From the NCBI GenBank assembly GCA_019594235.1, contig JAFDTG010000001.1, forward strand, positions 5,722 to 69,721: a stretch of 64,000 bases of DNA. The letters run 5' to 3'. Made by a program: the position numbers and the translations under genes. Of this stretch, positions 28,572-38,899 are shown piece by piece. The stretch is from Candidatus Saliniplasma halalkaliphilum. GTDB taxonomy: Archaea > Thermoplasmatota > Thermoplasmata > Halarchaeoplasmatales > Halarchaeoplasmataceae. The notes beneath the pieces are model-generated. The model made no database searches, was not told the DNA's origin, and worked only from the letters and a program-made list of their open reading frames with translations. Each line of letters starts with the position of its first letter. Position 1 is the first letter of the stretch.

Positions 28572-29993
28572 CTATTCAGCTTCTAAAAATGCTTTGTAAG
28601 CTTTATAGGTATGGTAAATATCCACTTTCGATATTATCTCGAACGGTGAATGCATACCTAGTAATGGTGGACCTGCGTCGATTATATCTAAGTTCAGATT
28701 GGCTAAGAATTTAGCTACAGTTCCCCCACCACCTTCGTCGACCTTTCCTAGTTCAGCTGTCTGCCAACATACTTCGTTTTCATTGAATACAAGTCTTATA
28801 TAAGCAACGAATTCTGCGTGGGCATCGTTTGCGCTGTATTTTCCACCTGCACCAGTATATTTGGTTATAACAATTCCTTGACCCATCTTACCTGCGTTTC
28901 TGAGGTCATGAACACTCTTAAAGGATGGATTAACACCGGGATTAACGTCTCCAGAAATACCCTTACTGTTTTCCATAATGTTTCTGAAGTCCTCCATGGA
29001 GTAATCTCCCAACGTTTTAGCAAGGATCTGTTGGAATACTGATTCTGTGAATCTAGAATTTGCACCGGTATTACCTTCACTACCAATCTCTTCTTTATCG
29101 TATACCAAAATCAAACTGGTTTTAGAGGGGGTTTCTATGTTGAGTCCTGCCATCAAGCTGGTAAAGGCGCATACTCTGTCATCATGACCATATCCACCTA
29201 CCATACTTTTATCAAAGCCTAGGTCTCTAGCCTGTCCTGCTGGAACTATCTCGATCTCAGCGCTAGTCAAGTCCTCTTCTTTGATATCGTACTTGTCGTT
29301 CAATATCTTCAAGACGTTGATTTTGACCTTCTCATCTATATCATCGTCATCAATAGGTTTGCCTCCGATGATCACATTTAATTCCTCCCCTTTAATGACG
29401 TCCTTCATCTTCCTTTCAGATTGCTTTTTCTTCGAAAGATGGGGTAGTAAATCACTAACTGCAAAAACGGGATCGTTTGGATCTTCACCTATGGTTATAT
29501 CTATCACGTCTCCATCTTCTTTGACTACTTTACCGTGGATAGCTAAAGGTGTACTTACCCATTGATATTTCTTAATTCCACCATAATAGTGGGTATTGAA
29601 AAGTGCTAGTGAAGCATCTTTATCTTCGTAAACCGGTCTTGCTTTAAGATCCAACCTTGGAGCATCTATATGGCTTGTAAGGATTTGACAACCATCAGTA
29701 ATATTATTTTTTCCGATTATGACGATGGCTATTGCTTTGTTTTTATTAACGATGTAGGCCTTATCTCCTTGCTCTAATTTTTCACACTCGTCTATGGATA
29801 CAAATCCATTTTCTCTGAGTAAATCAATTGTATTGTCTACTGCTTCCCTCTCAGTTTTTGATTCAGATATAAACACTTTGTATTTTTCAGCGAATTCAGT
29901 TATCTCTGATTCAGTTTCTTCATCAGACTGTTCCCAGGCATTAGGTATAGAGAATGTGAGTTCATCTTCTAAAGTAGATTTTTCTTCTTCCAT
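28572..29993 (-). CDS. M18 family aminopeptidase
   Basis: HIDAPRLD, HYYGGIKKYQW, DDR, KEEIGS, GGGGT, MHSP. Confidence 0.93.
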   Translation of the reverse strand: MEEEKSTLEDELTFSIPNAWEQSDEETESEITEFAEKYKVFISESKTEREAVDNTIDLLRENGFVSIDECEKLEQGDKAYIVNKNKAIAIVIIGKNNITDGCQILTSHIDAPRLDLKARPVYEDKDASLALFNTHYYGGIKKYQWVSTPLAIHGKVVKEDGDVIDITIGEDPNDPVFAVSDLLPHLSKKKQSERKMKDVIKGEELNVIIGGKPIDDDDIDEKVKINVLKILNDKYDIKEEDLTSAEIEIVPAGQARDLGFDKSMVGGYGHDDRVCAFTSLMAGLNIETPSKTSLILVYDKEEIGSEGNTGANSRFTESVFQQILAKTLGDYSMEDFRNIMENSKGISGDVNPGVNPSFKSVHDLRNAGKMGQGIVITKYTGAGGKYSANDAHAEFVAYIRLVFNENEVCWQTAELGKVDEGGGGTVAKFLANLNLDIIDAGPPLLGMHSPFEIISKVDIYHTYKAYKAFLEAE

Positions 29994-30190
29994 TTTACCA
30001 ACTAAGGGCATTAACTATGGAAGTATTATATTACGTTTGCGTCTTCATACAGTTTTATAATATATTACATACAAAGAATGCAATTGGATTGTTTTTTTTG
30101 GATAGAGGTTATTCCGAAAGTGTTATAAAGGGGTCATATATTGAGTAGATTGCTTCATTAAATTATAAATTACTGGATAGTGCTGAAAAC

Positions 30191-31060
30191 ATGACTGAAC
30201 TTCTAAAGGAATTGGAAGAAAAAAGAAAACGGGCCAATTCCCAGGCTGAGAAATATAAGCGCCTTAGGAATGAGATGAATCAAGAGGCAAAAAAATGGGT
30301 TCAAAAAAGAGATGAGCTCAATTCCAAGGTCAAGGAGCTTATAGAAGAGGGAAACGAGCTTAAAGAAGAACGTAACAAGCTCAATGAAGACGTTAAAAAA
30401 GCAAAGGAAAAGAGAAACGAGCTTAATAAAAAAGTTAGAAAATTATCTAACAAACTTAAAAAGAAGAAAAGAGAGATCCTCCCAAAGGATGGAAATTCTA
30501 TTGAAAAGCTGAACAAAGATATTGAAAAGCTCGAATACAAACAGATGACAAATGTTCTTTCTACAGATAAAGAAAAAGAGCTCGTAGATCAAATTTCCAC
30601 TTTGAGGGGAAAAGTAAAAGAAAGAGAAAGACTGCTCAACGAAAACGTAGAACTGAAAGAATTGTCAGAAAAACTAGAAGAAGCAAAAGAAAAAGCTGAA
30701 GAATTCCATGAAGAATTATCTACTAAAGCAGATGAAGCACAGAAAAAACACGACAAAATGATAGAGATCTTTAACGAAGCTGATGAAGTTAGAGAAAAAG
30801 CAGATGAAGCCCAAGCAAAATTCGTTGAAGCAAAAGTTGAAGCCGATGAATATCACCATAAACACATTGAAGCTGTGAATGAAGTTCAAGATTACAATAA
30901 AATAATTTCTGGTCTAAAGAAAAAGGAAAAGATGGCTAAGAAAAGAAAAGAAGAGAAGGATACTAAAGAAGAGGCTGAGAAATTATACGAACAGTTTAAA
31001 AAAGGGCAGAAACTTGGTACCGAAGATATAATGACGCTTCAGAAAGCCGGTCTGTTATAA
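30191..31060 (+). CDS. conserved archaeal coiled-coil protein (COG1340-like)
   Basis: All-helical K/E-rich; KRDELN/ERNKLN/KRNELN repeats; ends KKGQKLGTEDIMTLQKAG. Confidence 0.8.
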   Translation: MTELLKELEEKRKRANSQAEKYKRLRNEMNQEAKKWVQKRDELNSKVKELIEEGNELKEERNKLNEDVKKAKEKRNELNKKVRKLSNKLKKKKREILPKDGNSIEKLNKDIEKLEYKQMTNVLSTDKEKELVDQISTLRGKVKERERLLNENVELKELSEKLEEAKEKAEEFHEELSTKADEAQKKHDKMIEIFNEADEVREKADEAQAKFVEAKVEADEYHHKHIEAVNEVQDYNKIISGLKKKEKMAKKRKEEKDTKEEAEKLYEQFKKGQKLGTEDIMTLQKAGLL

Positions 31061-31159
31061 AGAAAACAACTTACTTAAACTATTTTTTTATCTTTATCTT
31101 CAAGTGGAGATATTCTTATACTAATCCAAAACCATATATTCACCTATTTTTATAACCCA

Positions 31160-32107
31160 TTGAGAAACATGGTTTCGAAGTTCGATAAAAAACACGTAGT
31201 TTCGATAAAAGATTTCACAAGAGAGGAGATCAACGAGATCCTTGATATAGCTAAAGATATGAAAGAGATTGCCATCGGTAACAAAATTGATAATTCATTG
31301 AACGGTAAAATACTGGGTACTTTATTTTTTGAACCAAGCACAAGAACACGACTTTCCTTTGAGAGTGCTATGAAAAGGTTAGGAGGTACATGTATTGGTT
31401 TCGCTAGGCCAGGTACTTCATCGGTAAAAAAAGGTGAAACGTTAGCAGATACTATACAAGTGATTGCTAGTTATGTGGATATAATCGTATTAAGACATCC
31501 TCAAGAAGGAGCAGCAAGATTGGCTGCTAAATTTTCAGAAAAACCGATACTTAACGCTGGTGATGGGGCTGGCCAACATCCTACCCAGACTTTACTTGAC
31601 CTTTTTACTATAAAAGAAGAAAAAGGCGAGATTAAGAATAAAAAGATCGGGATTGCAGGGGATCTAAAATATGGAAGAACTGTACACTCGCTTACCCATG
31701 CTTTATCTATGTATGAATGTGATCTTACTTTTATTGCACCAAATGCGCTACAAATACCTGACGAGATAATTAAAGACATAGACCGGCTTGGCATCAATTA
31801 CAAGAAAGTTGAAAATATCAAAGACGTACTATCTGAACTTGATGTACTCTATATGACAAGAATACAAAGAGAAAGGTTCCCTAGTGAAGATGAATATCTT
31901 GAAGTCGCTGAAACATACAATGTGAAAAAAAACATGTTGGATAATGTAAACGAGAATTTGATAATAATGCATCCTCTACCAAGAGTAGATGAGATTTCTG
32001 CGGATGTTGACGAAACGAAACATGCTAGATATTTCCAACAAGCTGCTAATGGTGTCCCTATCCGGATGGCTCTATTAAAATTACTAACGGAGGGATATGA
32101 TGAATAA
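31160..32107 (+). CDS. pyrB: aspartate carbamoyltransferase catalytic subunit
   Basis: FFEPSTRT, HPTQ, HPLP. Confidence 0.97.
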   Translation: MRNMVSKFDKKHVVSIKDFTREEINEILDIAKDMKEIAIGNKIDNSLNGKILGTLFFEPSTRTRLSFESAMKRLGGTCIGFARPGTSSVKKGETLADTIQVIASYVDIIVLRHPQEGAARLAAKFSEKPILNAGDGAGQHPTQTLLDLFTIKEEKGEIKNKKIGIAGDLKYGRTVHSLTHALSMYECDLTFIAPNALQIPDEIIKDIDRLGINYKKVENIKDVLSELDVLYMTRIQRERFPSEDEYLEVAETYNVKKNMLDNVNENLIIMHPLPRVDEISADVDETKHARYFQQAANGVPIRMALLKLLTEGYDE

Positions 32108-32573
32108 AAAGAAAAAGAAAATCAAGATTACTCCAATAGAAAGCGGAACTGTTATCGATCACGTTAAAAGTGGCCACGCCATGAAAGTCCTAAAAATAAT
32201 AGGCGTCATGGATAAACAGATGAACAGTATCGTTAGTATTGCCATGAACGTTAATAGTAGTTATGGGAAAAAAGACATCGTAAAAGTAGAGAATATGGAA
32301 CTAGAAAGCGATGAATTAGACAAAATTTCGCTTATATCTCCTAGAGCAACCGTTAATATAATACGAGATTTCGAGGTAATAAAAAAGCATCAAGTAAAAT
32401 TACCGGAAAAAGTTAAAGGAATTGTCAAATGCATTAACAACACATGTATCACAAATCAAAATGAACCAATTGAGTCGGAATTTGATGTAGTCGGTGAAGA
32501 TCCAGTCACATTGAAATGCGTATATTGCGAAAGAGAGATGAAAGGTGAAGAAATCTCTGAAAACGTAATATAA
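32097..32573 (+). CDS. pyrI: aspartate carbamoyltransferase regulatory subunit
   Basis: GTVIDH, KDIVK, C..C Zn ligands. Confidence 0.96.
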   Translation: MMNKKKKKIKITPIESGTVIDHVKSGHAMKVLKIIGVMDKQMNSIVSIAMNVNSSYGKKDIVKVENMELESDELDKISLISPRATVNIIRDFEVIKKHQVKLPEKVKGIVKCINNTCITNQNEPIESEFDVVGEDPVTLKCVYCEREMKGEEISENVI

Positions 32574-32625
32574 TCAATACAATATCAAAAAGTAAAATCT
32601 TCGATGAGGCAACAGTCTTACAGAT

Positions 32626-33498
32626 GTGAATTTCATGGGTAAAATCAAGGGTGTATGGGATCTTATCAGGTTAGACCATGGTCTGATGCTAGCTGCCGCG
32701 GTATTGATAGGAGCCGTAATAGCCCAAAAAGGAATACCCTCAGACTTCTGGAAGCTTACATTAGCTATTCTTACAGCTGTTTTTTTGGAGATTAGTACTT
32801 TTGCTTTAAATGACTATTTTGATTATCCCATCGATAAAAGAAATGACAGGACAGATAGACCCCTAGTTAGAGGCGATATCTCTCATATGACAGCACTTTT
32901 AGTGACCCTCATCTTCTTTCCCATGGGGATTATAACAGCTTTCTTTGTAAATTATGCATGCTTTATAATCGCTTTGATTACTGGTTTGTTTGCTCTCTCT
33001 TATGATATAAAACTTAAAAAAATCAAACTTGTGAGTAATTATTACATTGCATACACAATGGCAATACCATTCTTATTTGGAGGTGTCGCATTTTCACCAA
33101 GAATACCCCCTATAATATGGATCCTTTCATCCATGGCTTTCCTTTCCGGCGTTGGACGTGAGATATTAAAAGACATTATGGATTTAAAGGGTGATAAAGA
33201 AGGTGAAGTAAAATCACTTCCATTATACATAGGGAAACAGAAATCGTTCATCATATCGGGTATATTTTTTATTAGCGCGGTATCTATAAGTTTAATTCCC
33301 TTTATTGTAAACATCGACCCCTCATTTTTTAGAAACTATTTTTACTTGATTTCCGTTTCAATTGCTAATATATTATTTATATGGATAACTGTTTCAATTA
33401 CTACTCGAAAGAATCCTCGTGTAAAACTTTTTAGAACATTGACATTGGTAGCTATGATGTTGGGGTTAGTCGCCTTTTTAATAGGGTCTTTGACTTGA
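32626..33498 (+). CDS. UbiA prenyltransferase, probable DGGGP synthase
   Basis: NDYFDYPIDKRN...RPL, REILKDIMDLKGD. Confidence 0.88.
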   Translation: MNFMGKIKGVWDLIRLDHGLMLAAAVLIGAVIAQKGIPSDFWKLTLAILTAVFLEISTFALNDYFDYPIDKRNDRTDRPLVRGDISHMTALLVTLIFFPMGIITAFFVNYACFIIALITGLFALSYDIKLKKIKLVSNYYIAYTMAIPFLFGGVAFSPRIPPIIWILSSMAFLSGVGREILKDIMDLKGDKEGEVKSLPLYIGKQKSFIISGIFFISAVSISLIPFIVNIDPSFFRNYFYLISVSIANILFIWITVSITTRKNPRVKLFRTLTLVAMMLGLVAFLIGSLT

Positions 33499-33592
33499 AC
33501 TATAAATTTAGATAACTACAAATATAACACTAATATTAAACATAATGAAAATTGTATGGAAACCCACTATAAAAACCATATAGGGTGACATT

Positions 33593-34159
33593 ATGAAACT
33601 TATTATAATAGACGGGTGTGATGCTTCGGGAAAAGATACCCATGCCCTTAAGTTGAAAGAGATGTTCGATAATGAGGATAAAATAGTGGAAATCCGTTCT
33701 CATCCTGAAGGGGATAACTTTTTCGGTAAAATAGCTAAGAAAGCTCTTTTAAAAGATGGGATGGTAAACAAATTAAAGGCCTCGGTTTTTTACGCTTTGG
33801 ATGTATTTAGATCTCTAAATATATACTATGATCATGAGGAAATCGATGTACTAATTATAGTTCGATATTTGATGGGAACTGCTTACCTTCCTAAACCATT
33901 TTCTAAGATCAGTTATAAAATTTTCAAAAAGGTCTTACCAACATCTGAATATATGTTCTTTTTAGATGTTAATCCAGAAGATGCTGTAGAAAGATTGAAT
34001 AAAAGACAAAAAAGAGAAATTTTCGAAAATTTTGAGGACATTTGTAGAGTAAGAAATAAAATTTTTTCTATCATAGATGGTAAATGGCATATCATTGATA
34101 CAGGCAGACCTATACATGAAACTGCTCAAGAAATAAAACAGATACTGAGAAAGGATTAG
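33593..34159 (+). CDS. tmk: thymidylate kinase-like protein
   Basis: IIIDGCDASGKDT P-loop, RY, FFLDV, EIFEN. Confidence 0.75.
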   Translation: MKLIIIDGCDASGKDTHALKLKEMFDNEDKIVEIRSHPEGDNFFGKIAKKALLKDGMVNKLKASVFYALDVFRSLNIYYDHEEIDVLIIVRYLMGTAYLPKPFSKISYKIFKKVLPTSEYMFFLDVNPEDAVERLNKRQKREIFENFEDICRVRNKIFSIIDGKWHIIDTGRPIHETAQEIKQILRKD

Positions 34160-34164
34160 TTGTG

Positions 34165-35085
34165 TTACAAAAATTTCCCCATGATTAAAGGCAATAAAGC
34201 AGTTGCATCACCTTCAACAGTTATGTAGTCTGCATCTTCCCTTACTTTTCCCCAAGAAACTGCTTCTCTTATTCTAGCACCAGAAAGAGACCCATCATAT
34301 TCAACAGCAGTGGTAACATAAACAGCATATTCTAAACCTCCTCTGAACTGATTCCACCAAATTGTATGATGTTTCGAGATACCTCCTCCCACCATAAGAG
34401 CTCCGGTCTTCTCAGCGGGGAATACTATGTCGGATAATTCCTGTTGGTCTTTCATCATATTGATACTAAAATCTTTATCGTTCTGCCAGTACATCCACAG
34501 TTGAGATCCAAATGCGCCATCTGTTATTCCAGGAACATATATTGGAATATCTTTTTTTGCTGCCCAATGCAATATGGAACTCTCGTCATCTATCCTTTTA
34601 CCAAACTGATATATTATCTCTCTTGTACTCAGGTTAGGACCACACTCATCAACTATTTCTTTTAACAACGGCTGCATCTCTCTTTCTAGAACTTCCCCAT
34701 AGGACGAGTTAGGGATGAAGATATTACCTAGTCTGTTGACACCTTCTCTATGTAATTCACTATCATCTACCGAAAAACTACCATGATAATAGTCTTCCCA
34801 TACCCTTGCAAGATCATGGTCTAATGTACCACAAGTAGTGATTATCACGTCGAATAACTCGTTTTTGATAGCATCCTTAATAATACCTCTGGTTCCGGTT
34901 GAAATGATACAAGCTGGAAAGGAAAGAAATTTTACACAGTCATCATTGAACATTTTATCAAGTACATCTACAGCGACACCTACTTTTTTAGCTACAAAAC
35001 CACCTGAGTCATAATATTGATCGATTAAATCAGATATCTTTGTATCCTCATTAATATCAAAGTCAATTACCTTCTTTTTTACCAT
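34165..35085 (-). CDS. dys: deoxyhypusine synthase
   Basis: GGGISKHH, YDGSLSGA..REAVSWGK; start refined to ATG 35085. Confidence 0.95.
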   Translation of the reverse strand: MVKKKVIDFDINEDTKISDLIDQYYDSGGFVAKKVGVAVDVLDKMFNDDCVKFLSFPACIISTGTRGIIKDAIKNELFDVIITTCGTLDHDLARVWEDYYHGSFSVDDSELHREGVNRLGNIFIPNSSYGEVLEREMQPLLKEIVDECGPNLSTREIIYQFGKRIDDESSILHWAAKKDIPIYVPGITDGAFGSQLWMYWQNDKDFSINMMKDQQELSDIVFPAEKTGALMVGGGISKHHTIWWNQFRGGLEYAVYVTTAVEYDGSLSGARIREAVSWGKVREDADYITVEGDATALLPLIMGKFL

Positions 35086-35327
35086 AATACCCGTGAGTCT
35101 TAGTTTATCATTTGATAAAAATTTTATGTGATTTTTAATGTGATCTAGAAAATCCCATTTCGTCAGACAAATATCGAGTTGTTGTCTGACCATGATTAAT
35201 TTAATATGATACTTCAAAAGAATTTCTGACAAAATGAGTTAAATTATATGTACTTTTGTTGATATACCCAAATGATTTAAATACTTATAATAAGTTCCTT
35301 TTATCAACTAAATGGACGGGATCCTAT

Positions 35328-36473
35328 ATGGAGTCAATAATAAATCAGGCTTTAAATAAGCACGAGAAGGATGAAACATCTGAAAAAGAAAAACCCAGAG
35401 GAAAAACGATAGAAGATGTCGATGAAGAAAAGATCGAAGGAGCTCCTGAAGATGAAGAGCTTCGGGATTTACTCGAAACACTAGAAGTCAAAATTCGAAT
35501 ATTTGGCTGTGGTGGAGGAGGATGCAATACTTTAGATCGTCTGACACAAGAAGGTATCAGCGGAGCTGAATTAATTGCATGCAACACCGATGCAAAACAT
35601 CTACTTCATACTCATGCTCAGAAAAAGGTTTTGATAGGCAAAAACACCACTAGAGGATTAGGTGCGGGTGCTAGACCAGAAGTAGGTGAAGAATCTGCTA
35701 GGGAATCAAAAGAAGAATTAAAGAAATACATGGAAGGTGCTGATATAGTGTTCATCACAGCAGGTATGGGAGGAGGTACTGGTACTGGTGTAGCACCTGT
35801 TGTTGCTGAACTAGCAAAAGAAGAAGAGGCACTTGTTATGGGTGTAGTTACACTTCCTTTTGAAGGTGAAGGTAGAGAAAGGATGAAGAATGCCAAAAGA
35901 GGCCTTTCTAAACTAGAACGATACTGTGACACAACTGTTATAATACCCAATGATAAATTATTGGAATTAGTACCTAATCTTTCTCTTAACGCTGCATTCA
36001 AAGTTGCAGACGAAATATTGATGGAATCTATCAAAGGGATGACCGAAATCATCACAAAACCAGGTCTTGTGAACTTGGATTACAACGATGTTAGAACCAT
36101 AATGGATGATGGCGGTGTCGCCATGATCGGTATCGGTGATTCAGATGATCCAAACAACAGGGTCGACGACGCAGTTAATCAAGCTATCGGTTCACCATTG
36201 TTAGGTGAGATCGACTTGAGCGATGCAAACGGCGCACTGATCAGGGTTACAGGTGGTCCAGACATGACCGTAACCGAAGCAGAAAGAGCTGCAGATTTAG
36301 TGAATGAAAAGATATCCGGCGACGCAAGAATAATTTGGGGCTGTAATGTCGAGGAAGATTTAAAGAACACAATGAAGATCTTATTGGTTATAACAAACGT
36401 TCATTCAGAATCTGACCAATTAGCCCATGAATCTATGATCGGTTCCGGCGACGGAATAGATATGGTAGATTAG
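35328..36473 (+). CDS. ftsZ: cell division protein FtsZ
   Basis: GCGGGGCN, GMGGGTGTG, NLDYND; start refined to ATG 35328. Confidence 0.97.
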   Translation: MESIINQALNKHEKDETSEKEKPRGKTIEDVDEEKIEGAPEDEELRDLLETLEVKIRIFGCGGGGCNTLDRLTQEGISGAELIACNTDAKHLLHTHAQKKVLIGKNTTRGLGAGARPEVGEESARESKEELKKYMEGADIVFITAGMGGGTGTGVAPVVAELAKEEEALVMGVVTLPFEGEGRERMKNAKRGLSKLERYCDTTVIIPNDKLLELVPNLSLNAAFKVADEILMESIKGMTEIITKPGLVNLDYNDVRTIMDDGGVAMIGIGDSDDPNNRVDDAVNQAIGSPLLGEIDLSDANGALIRVTGGPDMTVTEAERAADLVNEKISGDARIIWGCNVEEDLKNTMKILLVITNVHSESDQLAHESMIGSGDGIDMVD

Positions 36474-36525
36474 GAAAAATATACAGCAAAAAACATTTAC
36501 CCCCTTCTATTTATTTTAATTATAT

Positions 36526-37134
36526 ATGTTAGCTAAAGGGTCTTTAAAACCAATATCAATTTCATCAATACCAGTTTTCATCACAATAATTTTAGGATTC
36601 TTTGTGTGGCCTCCAAGTTATTATTTTACAATATTATTCTTGATATTGACTCTAGGCGTAGTTATATTTTTTAGAGACCCAGACAGAACTATCGGTGAGG
36701 GGTTGGTTTCACCTGCTGATGGAAAAGTTATATTGGTAAATAAGGATATCAATAGGATAGACGTATTCATGAATATCACCAACGTACACGTAAACAGATC
36801 ACCATATTCAGGAAAGGTAAAAGATACAAAAAGGATCGATGGAAAGTTTAAACCAGCTTTTTCAGAAAAATCTGAGAACAATTTTAGACACATAATTACC
36901 TTGATCACCGATTATGGAACTATCAAGATCCATCAGATAACTGGATTTTTTGCTAGACGAATAGTGCCGTATCTCCATAAAGGTGATGAATTACAAAAGG
37001 GAGAGCGGATAGGTTTGATCCGTTTCGGGTCACGGGTTAGATTGGACCTTCCAGATAATGTAAATATAACCGCTGAGAAAGGTGATAAAGTGAAAGCAGG
37101 TGAATCTACAATAGGTGTTTGGAATGAAGATTAA
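36526..37134 (+). CDS. psd: phosphatidylserine/archaetidylserine decarboxylase
   Basis: FFRDPDR, SPADG, HVNRSP, IRFGSRV. Confidence 0.93.
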   Translation: MLAKGSLKPISISSIPVFITIILGFFVWPPSYYFTILFLILTLGVVIFFRDPDRTIGEGLVSPADGKVILVNKDINRIDVFMNITNVHVNRSPYSGKVKDTKRIDGKFKPAFSEKSENNFRHIITLITDYGTIKIHQITGFFARRIVPYLHKGDELQKGERIGLIRFGSRVRLDLPDNVNITAEKGDKVKAGESTIGVWNED

Positions 37135-37879
37135 AGAAACTTTAGGTTCATTAAACATCCCCGATTATGTTACCTTATCAAATGGTTTATTGGGATTCTT
37201 AGCGATCACTTATATTATTGATAAAAAATTCTATTTAGCTTCAATAATACTTATCATATGTATAGGATTAGATGGCCTAGATGGATATCTAGCTAGAAGA
37301 TTAAACCTTGTCCATGAATTAGGTTCATATCTAGACATGGTTTCTGATACATTGTCATTTTGTTTCGCCCCTGCCATGTTAGTATATTCATCTTACTATG
37401 ACCTTACTTTGGGTAGGGCGTGGCAATCACCTGTTAACGCACTGTCAACATTGGTCCCTATGATGGTCGTTTTTTTTGGAGTATTAAGATTATCTCGATT
37501 CGTTGATATACAGCAAGAAGATAAAATATACACCGGCTTACCTACCCCTTTGTTCACACTATTGATCGTATCCATAACGTATCTTTTTGGTTGGGGAGCA
37601 ATATATGATGTCTCTTCTTACATCCCCTTATTTGTGATCTTATCTATTTCACTTCTACTTTACAGTAATCTACTTTATCCAAAATTGATCGGTGCTAAAA
37701 GGAAATCTGTTGGCCTTTTATTTTTATTTATAGCATTGATAGGATTTATTCTAACCAGATGGAGTATGGATATTGGTAATTTATTTATATGGATAACTTT
37801 ATTTGTTTGTATATTGTATATAATATTTGGACTCGTCCTAGTTGATAGATATGACCACGAAAAAAGAAAAAATAGCTAA
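37124..37879 (+). CDS. pssA: archaetidylserine/phosphatidylserine synthase
   Basis: DGLDGYLAR...G..LDMVSD, GLPTP; adjacent to psd. Confidence 0.9.
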   Translation: MKIKETLGSLNIPDYVTLSNGLLGFLAITYIIDKKFYLASIILIICIGLDGLDGYLARRLNLVHELGSYLDMVSDTLSFCFAPAMLVYSSYYDLTLGRAWQSPVNALSTLVPMMVVFFGVLRLSRFVDIQQEDKIYTGLPTPLFTLLIVSITYLFGWGAIYDVSSYIPLFVILSISLLLYSNLLYPKLIGAKRKSVGLLFLFIALIGFILTRWSMDIGNLFIWITLFVCILYIIFGLVLVDRYDHEKRKNS

Positions 37880-38240
37880 CGGCTATTTTCAATGTAATAA
37901 AAGGGAAAGAGCAGCCTTTGAACTTGGAATAAAACTCGGTGCACTATTCCATCAATTCATAGGTGCACCAGTAAGTGAAGAAAACGCTGATATTCTAGCA
38001 AAAGCTATGGAAAAAACAACGGAAAGACAGGCTTATGTTAAATCAGCCCAAGTTCGTATAAATTTAGAAAGGTCAAAAGTTAAGAAGGAAAAAGGCATAT
38101 TTGAATACACTACATTAACTGAAGACATGATAGAAGCAAAAGTACTTGTAGAATTTGATGGAGTACGAGCAAAAGGTGTACTCAAATACATCGAAGAGCT
38201 TAATTATCCTCTTATGTATATAGATAAGCTTGATTATTAA
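37851..38240 (+). CDS. mptD: archaeal dihydroneopterin aldolase (MptD/DUF372)
   Basis: ERAAFELGIKLGALFHQFIG, YPLMY. Confidence 0.9.
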   Translation: MTTKKEKIANGYFQCNKRERAAFELGIKLGALFHQFIGAPVSEENADILAKAMEKTTERQAYVKSAQVRINLERSKVKKEKGIFEYTTLTEDMIEAKVLVEFDGVRAKGVLKYIEELNYPLMYIDKLDY

Positions 38241-38314
38241 TGAATACTTTAACATAAAAATGACAATGATCAGTGAGTTTAAACAAAATACTAGTATTAG
38301 AAGAGCGTTTAGGG

Positions 38315-38872
38315 ATGGTAGATAAGATGGTCAAAAGTTTAAAGGTTGGTATTAGTGGTGTTATCGGTATCGGTAAAACTGACACTTTGAAAAGGATAAT
38401 AAGCATGCTTTCTGAAGAAGGGGTGAATGTAGGAGGTATGATAACTGAACCTATTCTTGAGGATAACAGGCAAATGGGATTTCAGGTTATGAACTGGAAA
38501 ACTAAAGAAAAAGCTGTTTTTGCACATCTTAGTCTTGATTCTCAAATCCGTATCAAGGGATATGGTGTGGATCTAGATGCTTTAAACCAGGTGGGTGTAA
38601 GAGCTGTAAAAGATGCTATTCGAAATGAAGACATGATACTGGTTGATGAAATAGGGAAGATGCAGGTAGAAAGCGAGGAATTTAACAAGATCGTTAAAAT
38701 AGCTTTGAACGTAAACAAACCTATGATCCTTACATTCAATAAAAAATCCAGGAATCCACTGTTACAGGATGTAAGGAGACGGGATGATGTCAGGATGTTA
38801 GAACTGACCGACGTGAACAGAGATTTACTCCCCTACAAGGTAGTGGATCTTTTCAAAGAAGAAATGGATTAA
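38315..38872 (+). CDS. THEP1-type NTPase
   Basis: GIGKT, GGMITE, YGVD, VDEIGKM. Confidence 0.9.
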   Translation: MVDKMVKSLKVGISGVIGIGKTDTLKRIISMLSEEGVNVGGMITEPILEDNRQMGFQVMNWKTKEKAVFAHLSLDSQIRIKGYGVDLDALNQVGVRAVKDAIRNEDMILVDEIGKMQVESEEFNKIVKIALNVNKPMILTFNKKSRNPLLQDVRRRDDVRMLELTDVNRDLLPYKVVDLFKEEMD

Positions 38873-38899
38873 AGTCCTAAATCACTTTGGAGGTTATTT

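Noticed and set aside
30191..31060. Internal repeats as a DNA repeat element
   Set aside because: Explained by coiled-coil protein periodicity
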